From positions 64,502 to 128,501 of the forward strand of contig CAVTJG010000020.1 of assembly GCA_963735025.1 (NCBI GenBank): DNA of 64,000 nt. Reading direction: 5' to 3'. Origin of the DNA: an uncultured beta proteobacterium (GTDB taxonomy: Bacteria; Pseudomonadota; Gammaproteobacteria; Burkholderiales; SG8-39). Below, one piece after another: positions 1 to 9,648 of the stretch; the first letter of the stretch is position 1; each line of letters starts with the position of its first letter. A program made the position numbers and the translations under genes. The notes under the pieces were generated by a model. It ran no database searches. It was not told where the DNA came from and worked only from the letters and a program-made list of their open reading frames with translations.

Positions 1-209
1 AGGTGTCGGGCGCGCAAGCGGCATGCCCGAACCGGATGCTCCGCATCCTCGTCACAGGTAAGAATTGCCGAACCCCTATCCAATTGTTGCGGCACTCGCG
101 GCTACGGGCCGGGCCGATATCGAGCTAGGGACAATGAATCATGGACCTACGAGGGCCGCCTTCTGGCATGCATCTTGCCAAAGTGCAGCGGTGTCAACAG
201 GAGAAAACG

Positions 210-1709
210 ATGAAGCAATCGCTGCAATTGCACACGATCCAGAATCTCGCCATGACGCCGCAACTGCAGCAGTCGCTGCGGCTGCTGCAGTTGTCGGCGC
301 TCGAATTCGAGCAGGAGATTGGCCGTGCGCTTGCCGAGAATCCGTTTCTCGAACGTGACGAGGAAATCGCGCGGGACGGGGGGCACGGCGGCGACGAGCC
401 TGGTGCAGCACCGGTCGGCGAGATGAGCGAGCCGGCCTCCGCGCCGGCCGAAAGCGCGGACGCAAGCTCGATCCCCGCACAATCGTCGGACGCCGCCGAT
501 GATCGAGTCGCGCGCGACGATCTCATCGGTGACCGGTGGACCAGCCGCGCGCCGGCCAACGGGAGCGACGCGGTCGACGTAGGGGTCTACACTCCGGCGC
601 CCGAGACGTTGCACGACCACCTGATCGACCAGGTTCGTGGAAGCGGGCTTGCCGAGCGCGAGAAGCTGTTCGCGGGCATCGTCGTGGAAGCGCTCGACGA
701 CGACGGCTACCTGCGCCAGTCGATGGACGATCTGAGGCCGATCGTGCCCGCCACGATCGAGCCGGAAGAGATCGAAGGCGGGCTGAAATTCGGGCTGAGC
801 TTCGTGCAAAGCCTGGAACCCGCGGGCGTCGGAGCCAGGTCGCCGGCCGAGTGCCTCGAGCTGCAGCTCGCACGGTATGCCGCGGACCAGCCCGGGCGCG
901 ACCTCGCGCGCACGATCGTGCGCGAGCACCTGGATGCGCTGGCTGCGCACGACACGCACCGGCTCCTGCGCGAGCTCGAATGCGACGAGACAGACCTGCG
1001 CGAGGCTAGCGACCTCATCCTGCGCCTCGATCCGCACCCGGGATCGCGGTTCGGCGCGCTCGACGCCAGGTTCGTGGTGGCCGACGTCGTGATACGGCAG
1101 ACCGGCAGCCGGTGGGTCGCGAGCATCAACCCGGAGGTGCTGCCCCGGATTCGCGTGAACGAGCTCTACGCGAACATCTATCGCGCCGGCCGCGAAGGCA
1201 GCCTGGGCATGTCGCAGCAGCTGCAGGAGGCACGCTGGCTGGTGCGCAACGCGCAACAGCGGTTCCACACCATTCTGCGCGTCGCCCAGGCGATCGTCGA
1301 TCGGCAGAGCCGGTACTTCGACTACGGCGATGTCGCGATGAAACCGCTCTTGCAGCGCGACATCGCGCGGGAGGTCGGGGTGCACGAGTCGACGGTCTCC
1401 CGGGTCACGAACGGAAAATACATGGCGACGCCCCGCGGACTGATCGAGTTCAAGCACTTCTTCGGCACGCACGTGGTTGCGGAGGATGGGCACGCGTGCT
1501 CGTCCACCGCCATCCGCGCCCTGATCCGCCACATCATCGCCAACGAGCGCGCGGGCCAGCCGCTTTCCGACATCAAGGTGACGCGCAAGCTCGGCGAGTA
1601 CGGCGTGCGTGTCGCGCGTCGCACCGTGACGAAGTACCGTGACGGAATGCGCATCCCGCCGGTGGAGGCGCGACGGTTCGGCCACGCTCGGCCCTCCGCA
1701 ACTGTCTAG
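210..1709 (+). CDS. rpoN: RNA polymerase sigma-54 factor
   Basis: Tail of ORF 141..1709. It starts [29 protein letters not shown] (sigma-54 region I) and has a C-terminal HTH plus RpoN-box-like ARRTVTKYR. The ATG at 210 is preceded by GGAG. Confidence 0.95.
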   Translation: MKQSLQLHTIQNLAMTPQLQQSLRLLQLSALEFEQEIGRALAENPFLERDEEIARDGGHGGDEPGAAPVGEMSEPASAPAESADASSIPAQSSDAADDRVARDDLIGDRWTSRAPANGSDAVDVGVYTPAPETLHDHLIDQVRGSGLAEREKLFAGIVVEALDDDGYLRQSMDDLRPIVPATIEPEEIEGGLKFGLSFVQSLEPAGVGARSPAECLELQLARYAADQPGRDLARTIVREHLDALAAHDTHRLLRELECDETDLREASDLILRLDPHPGSRFGALDARFVVADVVIRQTGSRWVASINPEVLPRIRVNELYANIYRAGREGSLGMSQQLQEARWLVRNAQQRFHTILRVAQAIVDRQSRYFDYGDVAMKPLLQRDIAREVGVHESTVSRVTNGKYMATPRGLIEFKHFFGTHVVAEDGHACSSTAIRALIRHIIANERAGQPLSDIKVTRKLGEYGVRVARRTVTKYRDGMRIPPVEARRFGHARPSATV

Positions 1710-1915
1710 TCGTCGATCGTGAAGCCGACCTTGACTGTGACCTGCCAGTGGGCGATCTTGCCGTCCGCGACGAAGCCGCGCGTGTCGGTGACCTCGAACC
1801 AGCGCATCTGACGCACGCTCTCTCCGGCGCGCTCGAGCGCGCGTGCGATGGCACTTTCGAAGCCCTCGGGTGACGAGCCGGTCAGCTCGATGTGCTTGTA
1901 GACGTGCTCGGCCAT
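1706..1915 (-). CDS. dodecin-family flavin-binding protein (69 aa)
   Basis: Internal Met of ORF 1706..2095: [69 protein letters not shown]. From memory, the length and sequence are typical of dodecins. A GGAG RBS is present. Confidence 0.85.
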   Translation of the reverse strand: MAEHVYKHIELTGSSPEGFESAIARALERAGESVRQMRWFEVTDTRGFVADGKIAHWQVTVKVGFTIDD

Positions 1916-1956
1916 GGCGTGCTCCGGGTAGAATCGCTGCTCGGGCCCATGGCGAT

Positions 1957-1970
1957 GCAACGCGCATGCC
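1957..1970 (-). promoter_or_regulatory. sigma-54 (-24/-12) promoter candidate for dodecin
   Basis: The reverse strand reads GGCATGCGCGTTGC (GG-N10-GC with GGCAYG and TTGC). The -12 C lies 41 nt before the dodecin ATG. Confidence 0.7.
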
Positions 1971-2091
1971 TGCGGGAGGCAGGAGACGCTTTTGAACAAC
2001 GCCCGTTCTCTCGCGGGGCTGGCGCACCTTTCTCCGGCACTTCGGTTCCGGTCTGCGCGACCGGGGTTTCGCGCGGCAACTCGCCGACCGT

Positions 2092-2520
2092 TCATTCGAG
2101 CATGGGCAGCGCTGCCAGCGCAGTGGCCACGAGGATCGGCACCTCGAGGGTGTCCCAGGGGAGCACGACGTGGCGGTCGGCGACCTTGAGCACGACGTCA
2201 CCCGACACCAGCTCGTGGCTCACCTTGCCATCGTTGTCGTACATCACGTCCTCGATGTTGCCGATCCGGTTGCCTTTCTCGTCGACCACCAAGGTGCCGA
2301 GCAGCATGCTCGCGCGCCGCGTGCGCGGCCGGTCGTTGTCCGCGCTCCACAACTCGAGCTCGCAACGCATGTGCCTGATCGCGTCCTGGGTGTCTTCGTG
2401 CCACCGTCGCTGCAAGAATTGCAGCGCGAACGGTAACAATTTCCGTCCGTTTGCCGCGGCGCGCAGCACGGCATCGGGTGCGCGAAGGTGCACACGCAAT
2501 GCCTTTGTTATAAGCTTCAT
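2092..2520 (-). CDS. PRC-barrel domain protein
   Basis: Internal Met ([10 protein letters not shown]) of ORF 2092..2682. The C-terminal [34 protein letters not shown] is PRC-barrel-like. Confidence 0.7.
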   Translation of the reverse strand: MKLITKALRVHLRAPDAVLRAAANGRKLLPFALQFLQRRWHEDTQDAIRHMRCELELWSADNDRPRTRRASMLLGTLVVDEKGNRIGNIEDVMYDNDGKVSHELVSGDVVLKVADRHVVLPWDTLEVPILVATALAALPMLE

Positions 2521-2606
2521 CGCACGGCCTCGAGATAGTCGAAACTTTCCATCAACCGCGGTTCCAGTCTGGCCGTGCCGGGGCGACCCGGCGCGCACGA
2601 TGGACG

Positions 2607-5600
2607 ATGGCGCGATCCAAGCCCAGGAAAGTGACGCAGCGGCGCACTCCGACTGCAAAGCACCCGACCGCGCGCGCTGCACGCAAGCGAACGCCGGGCA
2701 AGGGCGCAGCGCGTCCGGTGCGCGCGGCGCCGCGATCGAACCCCGGCAAGGGGCGCGCGGGCAAGGACCAGGTCATGCCGGTGGTCGGCCTGGTCGCCTC
2801 CGCCGGCGGGCTCGATGCCTTCAAGCGCTTCTTCCAGGGCATGCCGCCGGACAGCGGCATCGCGTTCCTGGTGATTCCGCACCTCGATCCGCGCCGCGAG
2901 AGCCTGATGGCGTCGCTACTCGCCCGGCAGACGACGATGCAGGTCGTGGAAGCCGGCGAGGGCATGCGGCTCGCGCCCGACCACGTGTGGGTCATCCCGC
3001 CCAACGCGAACCTCGCGGTGCGCGACGGCGTACTGCACCTGGGCCCACCGAGCCTGGGCGCGAGCCAGACGCCGATCGATCCGTTCCTGCGGTCGCTCGC
3101 CGAAGACCAGCTGGAAAGGGCGATATGCGTGGTCCTGTCCGGCACCGGCTCGTACGGCACGATCGGCCTGAAGGCGGTCAAGGCGCACGGGGGCATGGCG
3201 ATGGTGCAGGATCCGCGCACCGCCGAGTACGACCAGATGCCGCAGAGCGCGATCGCGACCGGCCTCGCAGACCACGTGCTGGCGCCCGAGGACATGCCGC
3301 AGGCGCTCCTCGCCTACGTGCGCCGGTTTCTGGTCGGCACCCTCGCCGTGGACGCGCCGACCGCGGCCTCGAGCATCGCGCACCTCCACGCGCTGCTGCG
3401 GTCCCGGACCAAATTCGACTTCCGGGCCTACCGCCAACAGATGCTGCTGCGGCGTGTGCACCGCCGCATGGGCCTGCGCCATGTCGATGAGCTGGCCGCC
3501 TACCTCGCGCTGCTCGACACGGACCCGACCGAGCTCCAGCAGCTCTCCCGGGACCTCCTGATCAGCGTGACGAGCTTCTTTCGCGATCCGGAGATGTTCC
3601 AGGTGCTCGAGACGCAGGTCGTACCCGAGCTGCTGCGCGACCACGCGTCCGATGCCCCGTTGCGGGCGTGGGTCGTCGGGTGCGCCACGGGCGAAGAGGC
3701 GTATTCGATCGCCGTGGTGCTGATCGAGCAGCTCGCTGCCGCGGAGCGCTCGTGCCCCGTGCAGGTTTTCGGCACCGACGTCGATCAGCATGCGCTCGAG
3801 GTCGCTCGTCGCGGTGTCTATCCGGACGGCATCGCCGCTGACGTCTCGGCGGAACGGCTGAGGCGCTTTTTCGTCCGCTCGGACGATCACGGCTGGCAGG
3901 TGAGCCGGCAGCTGCGCGAGTCTGTGCTGTTCGCGCCCCAAAACGTGCTGACCGACGCGCCGTTCTCCCGGCTCGATCTCGTGAGCTGCCGCAATCTGCT
4001 CATCTACCTGGAGCCCGGGATCCAGCAGAAGCTGCTTTCGGTGCTGCATTTCGCGCTCAAGGGAGGCGGCTACCTGGTGCTGGGTCCGTCGGAAAGCGCT
4101 GGCCGGCACGCCGATGCGTTCACCGTCGTTTCCAAGAAATGGCGCATCCATCGGCGGAGCAGCGCATCGCCGCGCGAGCGGGCCGAAATCCCGATCGTGG
4201 GCGGCGGGCAGCGCCTTGCGCCGGGCATCCCGTCCGGTGGGCCGCAGGCACGCGCGGCGTCGCTTTCCGAGCTGCTGCGTGAGCGGCTCGTCGAACAGTA
4301 CGCTCCTGCGGCCGTCGTGGTGGACCGGCAGCAGCGGGTCCAGCATTTTTCCGGGCCGACCCACCTTTACCTGGAGCAGCCGAGCGGCCCGCCGACGCAG
4401 GACCTGCTCGTGCTCGCCCGCAGCGGCCTGCGCGTCCGCGTGCGCGCCGCAATCCAGAAAGCGCGGCGGGAGGGGGCGCACGTCAGCCTGTCCGGAGCGT
4501 ACGTGAAGCGCAACGGCGCCAGTGTCCCGGTGCGCGTGACGGCGCAGCCGCTGCGCGCAGCGCGTGACCACGACGACATGCTGCTGGTCGCGTTCGAGGA
4601 CGACATGCGCCCGCCGCGCGCCGCTCGGGAGGGCGCCGCCATCGACGAGGAGCTGGTGCAGCAGCTCGAGCAGGCCCTGCAAGGCTCGCGCGACGAGCTG
4701 CAGGGCACCATCGAGGAGCTGGAAAGCTCGAACGAGGAGCTCAAGGCCTCCAACGAGGAGGTCATGTCGATGAACGAAGAGCTCCAGTCGGCGAACGAGG
4801 AGCTGGAGACCTCGAAGGAGGAGCTGCAGTCGCTCAACGAGGAGCTCTTGACCGTCAACGGCCAGCTGCGCGACAAGGTCGTGGAGCTCGAGGAGGCGAG
4901 CGGCGACATGGCGAACCTGCTCGCGAGCACGGACTTCGCCGTGCTGTATCTCGGCACCGACCGCCGGATCAAGCGCTTCACGCCGGCCGCGACGCGGCTC
5001 TTCAACCTGATCGAGACGGACGTTGGCCGGCCGATCGGCGACATCACGTCGCGCTTCGCGGATCCGGGGCTCGATGACGATGTGCAGAAGGTGCTGCAGT
5101 CGTTCGTGCCGGCGACGCGCGAAGTGCAGGCGACCGACGGGACGTGGCACCTGCGTCGCGTCACGCCCTACCGGACGTCCGATGACCGCGTCGCAGGCGT
5201 GGTGGTCACGTTCGCGGACGTGACGCTGCTCAAGGAGGCCGAGACTTCGCTGCGCGCGGCGACCGCGCAACTCGAGGAGCGGGTGGCCGATCGCACCGAG
5301 GCCCTCCGGGAGGAGATGGCGCGCCACCAGCATACCGCGGAGACGCTGCGTCGCGAGCGCGACTACGTGAGCGCCGTGCTCGACACGACCGCCGCTGCGG
5401 TCTACGTGCTGGACCGCGACGGTACCTTCGTGCGGGCGAACCGCGGCTGCGCCGAGCTCGCCGGGTACCCCGCCGAAGAACTGGTCGGAAAGGGATTCGC
5501 GGAACTGCTGCTGCCGCCCGAAGACCGACCGGAGTTCGCTCGCACCATCGCGGGGTTTCCGCAAGGCGGCACGCCGCAGCGCGGGGAGGGCGTCTGGGTC

Positions 5601-6440
5601 GCGCGGGATGGATCGCGCCGACAGGTATCGTGGACCGCCGTCGCGCTGCGCGACGGCCCGGAGCGATCCGGCCTCATCGTCGGCAGCACGCTGGACATCA
5701 CCGAGCAACGCGAGTCCGAGGCGCGTGCGCGCCAGCGCCTCGAGGAGCTCGCCGCGCTGTACCGCATCCACACTGCGAACGAGCTGGCGGCCACGCTCGC
5801 TCACGAGCTCAACCAGCCCCTCAACGCGATCGTGAGCTTTGGCGAGGCCAGCCTGCAGCTCCTGAAGTCGGGCGCGAACGAGCCCGCCCGGATCACGGCC
5901 AACCTGGAGAAGATCGGCGAGCAGGCGCTGCGCGCCGGCCGCTTTATCGGCGAGCTGCGGCGCTTCGTCGCGCAGGGCGAGATCGAGCGGTGTGCCGTGG
6001 ACTTGAACCGGCAGGTCCGCTCCGCATGCTTGCTCGTCGGACCGCTCGCGCACCGCCACAACATCCGCGTCCTGCTCGGCCTCGCCGACGCGCTCCCGCC
6101 GGTCGATGCCGCGGAAATTCAAATCGAGCACGTCGTCACCAATCTCGTGCGCAACGCCATCGATGCCGTCGCGGAAGCCGGTCTGCTGGCAGGAGAGATC
6201 CGGGTCGGCACGCGCGCGACCCCCGACGCCATGGCGTGCGTCACCGTCACGGACAACGGACCCGGGCTCAGCGGGAAAACTCTGGAGCGGCTGTTCGAGC
6301 CGTTCTTCACCACCAAGCCGACGGGGCTCGGCATGGGCTTGCGCCTCAGCCGCTCGATCGTCGAGGCGCACGGCGGCCGTCTGTGGGCGGAGCCCGGCCC
6401 GGGCGGCATGTTCTCCTTCACGCTGCCGTTCGCCAAGTGA
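2607..6440 (+). CDS. CheB methylesterase-CheR methyltransferase-PAS-histidine kinase hybrid sensor (1277 aa)
   Basis: ORF 2607..6440. Elements in order: CheB-like VVGLVASAGGLDAFKRFF; a CheR SAM-methyltransferase region (VVGCATGEEAYSIA); the heptad coiled coil ELESSNEELKASNEEVMSMNEELQSANEELETSKEELQSLNEEL; PAS regions; the H-box LAHELNQPLNAI; and the HATPase DNGPGL...GLGMGL. The start may be an internal Met (e.g. 2775). Confidence 0.9.
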   Translation: MARSKPRKVTQRRTPTAKHPTARAARKRTPGKGAARPVRAAPRSNPGKGRAGKDQVMPVVGLVASAGGLDAFKRFFQGMPPDSGIAFLVIPHLDPRRESLMASLLARQTTMQVVEAGEGMRLAPDHVWVIPPNANLAVRDGVLHLGPPSLGASQTPIDPFLRSLAEDQLERAICVVLSGTGSYGTIGLKAVKAHGGMAMVQDPRTAEYDQMPQSAIATGLADHVLAPEDMPQALLAYVRRFLVGTLAVDAPTAASSIAHLHALLRSRTKFDFRAYRQQMLLRRVHRRMGLRHVDELAAYLALLDTDPTELQQLSRDLLISVTSFFRDPEMFQVLETQVVPELLRDHASDAPLRAWVVGCATGEEAYSIAVVLIEQLAAAERSCPVQVFGTDVDQHALEVARRGVYPDGIAADVSAERLRRFFVRSDDHGWQVSRQLRESVLFAPQNVLTDAPFSRLDLVSCRNLLIYLEPGIQQKLLSVLHFALKGGGYLVLGPSESAGRHADAFTVVSKKWRIHRRSSASPRERAEIPIVGGGQRLAPGIPSGGPQARAASLSELLRERLVEQYAPAAVVVDRQQRVQHFSGPTHLYLEQPSGPPTQDLLVLARSGLRVRVRAAIQKARREGAHVSLSGAYVKRNGASVPVRVTAQPLRAARDHDDMLLVAFEDDMRPPRAAREGAAIDEELVQQLEQALQGSRDELQGTIEELESSNEELKASNEEVMSMNEELQSANEELETSKEELQSLNEELLTVNGQLRDKVVELEEASGDMANLLASTDFAVLYLGTDRRIKRFTPAATRLFNLIETDVGRPIGDITSRFADPGLDDDVQKVLQSFVPATREVQATDGTWHLRRVTPYRTSDDRVAGVVVTFADVTLLKEAETSLRAATAQLEERVADRTEALREEMARHQHTAETLRRERDYVSAVLDTTAAAVYVLDRDGTFVRANRGCAELAGYPAEELVGKGFAELLLPPEDRPEFARTIAGFPQGGTPQRGEGVWVARDGSRRQVSWTAVALRDGPERSGLIVGSTLDITEQRESEARARQRLEELAALYRIHTANELAATLAHELNQPLNAIVSFGEASLQLLKSGANEPARITANLEKIGEQALRAGRFIGELRRFVAQGEIERCAVDLNRQVRSACLLVGPLAHRHNIRVLLGLADALPPVDAAEIQIEHVVTNLVRNAIDAVAEAGLLAGEIRVGTRATPDAMACVTVTDNGPGLSGKTLERLFEPFFTTKPTGLGMGLRLSRSIVEAHGGRLWAEPGPGGMFSFTLPFAK

Positions 6441-7090
6441 CGCCGGTCGTCCACGTCGTCGACGACGACGCCGCAGTTCGCCAGGGGCTCGAACAGATGC
6501 TGGGCGCCGCAGGATTCGAGGTGCGCGTCTTTGCGAGCGCGGAGGCATTTCTCGCCGCGTGCAAGGAGGGGTGCACGGGGTGCGTAGTGCTCGACGTCGC
6601 GATGCCCGGAATGAGCGGACCCGAGCTGCAGGCAGCCCTGCTCGACAGGGGTCTCGACCTGCCGATCGTGTTTCTGACCGGGTACGGTGACGTTCCCACG
6701 TCGGTGCGCGCGATGAAGGCCGGCGCGGTGGATTTTCTCGAGAAGCCGGTGGCCGGCGCGACCCTCATCGCGACGGTGCGCAACGCCATGGCGCTCGAGG
6801 CGCGCCGGCACGAGGATCAAGCGCTGCGCGCCGTTGCGCAGGCCCGCTACGCAAGGCTCACCGGGCGCGAGCGTGAGATCATGGCCCTCGCGGTCCGCGG
6901 CCTCGCCAACAAGGAGATCGGCAAGCAGCTCGGACTCAGCCACCGGACGGTCGAGATCCACCGCGCGCGCGCCATGCGCAAGATGCATGCCGCGACGCTG
7001 CTCGAGCTCGCGCGGGCGGCGGCGCTCTGCGGGATCGCAGAGGGCTCCGGCGGCGCGCCCCCTGCCGCAGCCGATCCCGCCGCCAGCTGA
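6437..7090 (+). CDS. FixJ/LuxR-family response regulator
   Basis: A GTG at 6437 overlaps the kinase stop (GTGA). REC domain: VVHVVDDDAAVRQGLEQML...VLDVAMPGMSG. LuxR HTH: LTGREREIMALAVRGLANKEIGKQLGLSHRTVEIHR. Confidence 0.9.
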   Translation: MTPVVHVVDDDAAVRQGLEQMLGAAGFEVRVFASAEAFLAACKEGCTGCVVLDVAMPGMSGPELQAALLDRGLDLPIVFLTGYGDVPTSVRAMKAGAVDFLEKPVAGATLIATVRNAMALEARRHEDQALRAVAQARYARLTGREREIMALAVRGLANKEIGKQLGLSHRTVEIHRARAMRKMHAATLLELARAAALCGIAEGSGGAPPAAADPAAS

Positions 7091-7111
7091 TACGTCCTGG
7101 TTTGGCCTGCG

Positions 7112-7127
7112 TACGTGCTGGCACGTA
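7112..7127. promoter_or_regulatory. 16-bp near-palindrome TACGTGCTGGCACGTA (copy 1)
   Basis: Arms TACGTGC/GCACGTA with a 2-nt centre, 22 nt after the response regulator stop. An identical 16-mer recurs at 10796..10811. Confidence 0.3.
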
Positions 7128-7260
7128 TACGCGGCGACGCGGATGCCCGTTCACGCCTGCGGTTGCTATCTTGACCATGCAGCCACGACTGGCCGCAACG
7201 GCGCGGGATCCGATCCAGACCAACCCCGGATCCCAAGCCATATCCAGCATGGCACCTTAG

Positions 7261-7638
7261 ATGGATCATCCATACGACCAGGCAGCCGGCCACCCGGAGC
7301 GAGTGATCGTGATCACGCAAGCAAAGCTGATCGACGCCGCCTCGGAGGAGTGCATCTACTGGCGCCGCGACGGCAAGGGCCTTGCGTGCGGGTGCTACGT
7401 GGTGACCTGGTCACCGGGTGTGTCGCGGCGCGTGTTCAACGAGGATGCGCACTTCGTGGGGCCGTTCAGGACCGAGCAGGAAACCGAGGCAGCCTTTTGC
7501 CGGGCGATCGCGCGCTGGACGCGAGACCAGGCCGCTGCACGGAGAGCTAGCGCACGGGGGGAGGGTCGGAAAGCCGCCGCAGCGCGGCAATCAACCCATG
7601 CCACAAGGAGCGACGAGAGATGGAGCGACGCGAGATGA
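7261..7638 (+). CDS. hypothetical protein
   Basis: ORF 7261..7638 sits in an otherwise empty interval. I recognise no family. Confidence 0.35.
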   Translation: MDHPYDQAAGHPERVIVITQAKLIDAASEECIYWRRDGKGLACGCYVVTWSPGVSRRVFNEDAHFVGPFRTEQETEAAFCRAIARWTRDQAAARRASARGEGRKAAAARQSTHATRSDERWSDAR

Positions 7639-8213
7639 GAGAGGATGCACGCTCGGTGCGCCGGCAACCCACTGCGCAGCGCGAACCTGATGACCTTGCC
7701 CGCATGGAGCTCGACGAGCAAGGAACCATCTGTGACTGCAACGCGGCGGGGGCGCGCTTTTTCGGCTTCGACCCGGACCACCTGCGCGGCGCGCATGTAT
7801 CGCGCGTGTTTCCGGGGCTCGCCGCCGGCGACCTGCTTTCCGAAGGCCGCGTGAACTCGCGCTTCGCGTTTCTTCGCCGGTGCGGGGTGCCGCTCGAAGG
7901 CGTGCGGTCGAGCGGCGAGCGGATCTCGGTCGCGGTCGCGACGTTTGTGCGGCGGAACGGCGGACCGGTCAGGGTGATGCTGACATGGCCCGTTGCGCGT
8001 GGCACCCTCCAACTGTTCGTCCGCGCTCGGTCGCGGCGCGAGACGCTGACACTCCGGCCGAGGGACGGTTATACCCAAGGGCAGCCCGAGGAGAGCGGCA
8101 AGCAACGATTGCCCGAACGGCCGCGCCTACCGGTCACACTGACCCTGGCGGCATCCGCGCCCGTGCAACGTGCGGACGGCACCGCCGACCGAAGACCCGC
8201 GCGGCCCGACTGA
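7620..8213 (+). CDS. small PAS-domain protein
   Basis: ORF 7620..8213. ELDEQGTICDCNAAGARFFGFDPDHLRGAHVSRVFPGL resembles a PAS core. The start is uncertain (alternative Met at 7704). Confidence 0.5.
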   Translation: MERREMREDARSVRRQPTAQREPDDLARMELDEQGTICDCNAAGARFFGFDPDHLRGAHVSRVFPGLAAGDLLSEGRVNSRFAFLRRCGVPLEGVRSSGERISVAVATFVRRNGGPVRVMLTWPVARGTLQLFVRARSRRETLTLRPRDGYTQGQPEESGKQRLPERPRLPVTLTLAASAPVQRADGTADRRPARPD

Positions 8214-8234
8214 CCTTCAACCGTACGGGGACGG

Positions 8235-9632
8235 ATGGCACTGCACACCGAGCGCCTCGACGCCATCGTCATCGGCTCCGGACAGGGCGGCAAGCCGCTG
8301 GCGCAGGCTTTCGCCCGGGCAGGAAAAAGAACCGCGATCATCGAGCGCAATACGCGCGTGGGCGGAACATGCGTCGTGGACGGCTGCACCCCGACCAAGA
8401 CGATGATCGCGAGCGCGCGCGTCGCCCACCTCGCGCGGCGGGCCTCGGACTACGGCGTCGAGACCGCGCAGGTGTCGATCGACATGGATACGGTGCGCGC
8501 CCGCAAGCGCGCGATGGTCGAGCGCTTCAGCAGCGGCAGCGCGCAGGAGCTGGAGGGGCAGCAAGGGCTGGAACTGGTGCACGGCGAGGCAAGCTTTGCC
8601 GGACCGCGCGTGGTCGAGGTGAAAAGCGGCAACGGAAAAGTGCGCCAGATGACCGCGGCCACGGTCGTCATCGACACCGGCCGCCGAGCCGCGATCCCCC
8701 CCGTCGACGGTCTCGCAGCGGCCGGGTATCTCGACAACCGCAGCATCATGGAGCTCGACGAGCTTCCCGCGCACCTTGTCGTCATCGGCGGTGGCGCGGT
8801 GGGCGTCGAATTCGCGCAACTCTTCCGGCGTCTGGGGAGCGAGGTGACGATGGTCAACCGCGCGCGGCGCCTGCTCGAGAACGAGGACGAGGACGTGAGC
8901 GAGGCGGTTGCCGGCATCCTCGTGGATGACGGTATTCGCATTCTTCCGCAAAGCGAGGCGACGCGCGCGCGCAAGGGCGACGGAAGCATCTCGCTCGACG
9001 TTAAGGGGCCTGAGAGTGCGACCACGATCACTGGGAGTCATCTCCTCGTCGCCGCCGGACGCGTGCCGAACACCGACCGCCTGAATCTCGCGGCAGCGGG
9101 CGTCGAGACCGACTCGCGCGGGTTCGTCCTGACCAATGACCGGCTCGAAACGAGCGCACGCGGCGTCTACGCGATCGGCGACGTCAAGGGCGGACCGGCC
9201 TACACGCACGTCTCCTACGACGACCACCGCATCCTGAAGGAGAATCTCCTGCACGGCGGCAACGCGAGCATTGCCGGGCGCCTGGTGCCCTATGCGGTCT
9301 ACATGGACCCCGAGCTGGGCAGGGTGGGGATGACCGAGGCCGAAGCGCGCAAGCAGGGCTTCGACTATCGCGTCGCGAAACTGGAGATGAGCCGCGTGGC
9401 GCGCGCGCTCGAAACGGCGGAGACGCGCGGATTCATGAAGGCGGTCGTCGATGCCCTGACACGGGAAATCCTCGGCTGCGCGGTTCTAGGCGTGCACGGC
9501 GGCGAGATCATGTCGGTGCTCGAGGTCGCGATGATGGGCACGCTTCCCTACACGGCGATTCGCGACGGGGTGTTCGCCCATCCGACGTTTGCAGAGTCGC
9601 TGAACACGCTGTTCGCGGACCTTCCGGACTGA
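8235..9632 (+). CDS. class-I pyridine nucleotide-disulfide oxidoreductase (mercuric reductase/dihydrolipoamide dehydrogenase-like)
   Basis: ORF 8235..9632. FAD motif IVIGSGQGG, redox-active GGTCVVDGCTPTK, a second dinucleotide fold VVIGGGAVGVEFA, and a dimerisation-domain HPT motif near the C-terminus. Confidence 0.9.
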   Translation: MALHTERLDAIVIGSGQGGKPLAQAFARAGKRTAIIERNTRVGGTCVVDGCTPTKTMIASARVAHLARRASDYGVETAQVSIDMDTVRARKRAMVERFSSGSAQELEGQQGLELVHGEASFAGPRVVEVKSGNGKVRQMTAATVVIDTGRRAAIPPVDGLAAAGYLDNRSIMELDELPAHLVVIGGGAVGVEFAQLFRRLGSEVTMVNRARRLLENEDEDVSEAVAGILVDDGIRILPQSEATRARKGDGSISLDVKGPESATTITGSHLLVAAGRVPNTDRLNLAAAGVETDSRGFVLTNDRLETSARGVYAIGDVKGGPAYTHVSYDDHRILKENLLHGGNASIAGRLVPYAVYMDPELGRVGMTEAEARKQGFDYRVAKLEMSRVARALETAETRGFMKAVVDALTREILGCAVLGVHGGEIMSVLEVAMMGTLPYTAIRDGVFAHPTFAESLNTLFADLPD

Positions 9633-9648
9633 TCGCGGCGCGCTGCGT

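Noticed and set aside
147-2201. Very long antisense or overlapping ORFs throughout the track. Examples: 147..2201(-), 2916..6548(-), 25154..27112(-), 36704..38797(-), 38809..40263(-), 42801..44939(+) upstream part.
   Set aside because: They are Arg/Pro/Gly/Ala-rich low-complexity translations opposite or overlapping clearly recognisable genes. This is the usual stop-codon-poor artefact of high-GC DNA.
2552-2566. TGGAACCGCGGTTGA (minus strand) upstream of the PRC-barrel gene, and TGGCTGGCGCGCTTCG at 23367..23382 upstream of the FDH chaperone, considered as sigma-54 sites.
   Set aside because: The invariant -12 GC is missing or mis-spaced (TTGA, TTCG). The spacing to the ATG also differs from the consistent class. 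I found no convincing sigma-54 core in front of the FDH operon.
4660-4870. DNA-level periodicity (GAGGAGCTG/GAAGAGCTC repeats) that could be taken for a tandem repeat.
   Set aside because: It is the coding image of the EEL heptad coiled coil inside the CheB-CheR kinase gene, not an independent repeat element.
7119-7134. TGGCACGTATACGCGG here, and TGGCACGTAGGGAAC at 10803, considered as sigma-54 promoters.
   Set aside because: The -24 box is perfect, but there is no GC at the obligatory N10 spacing. I treat them as part of a palindrome instead.
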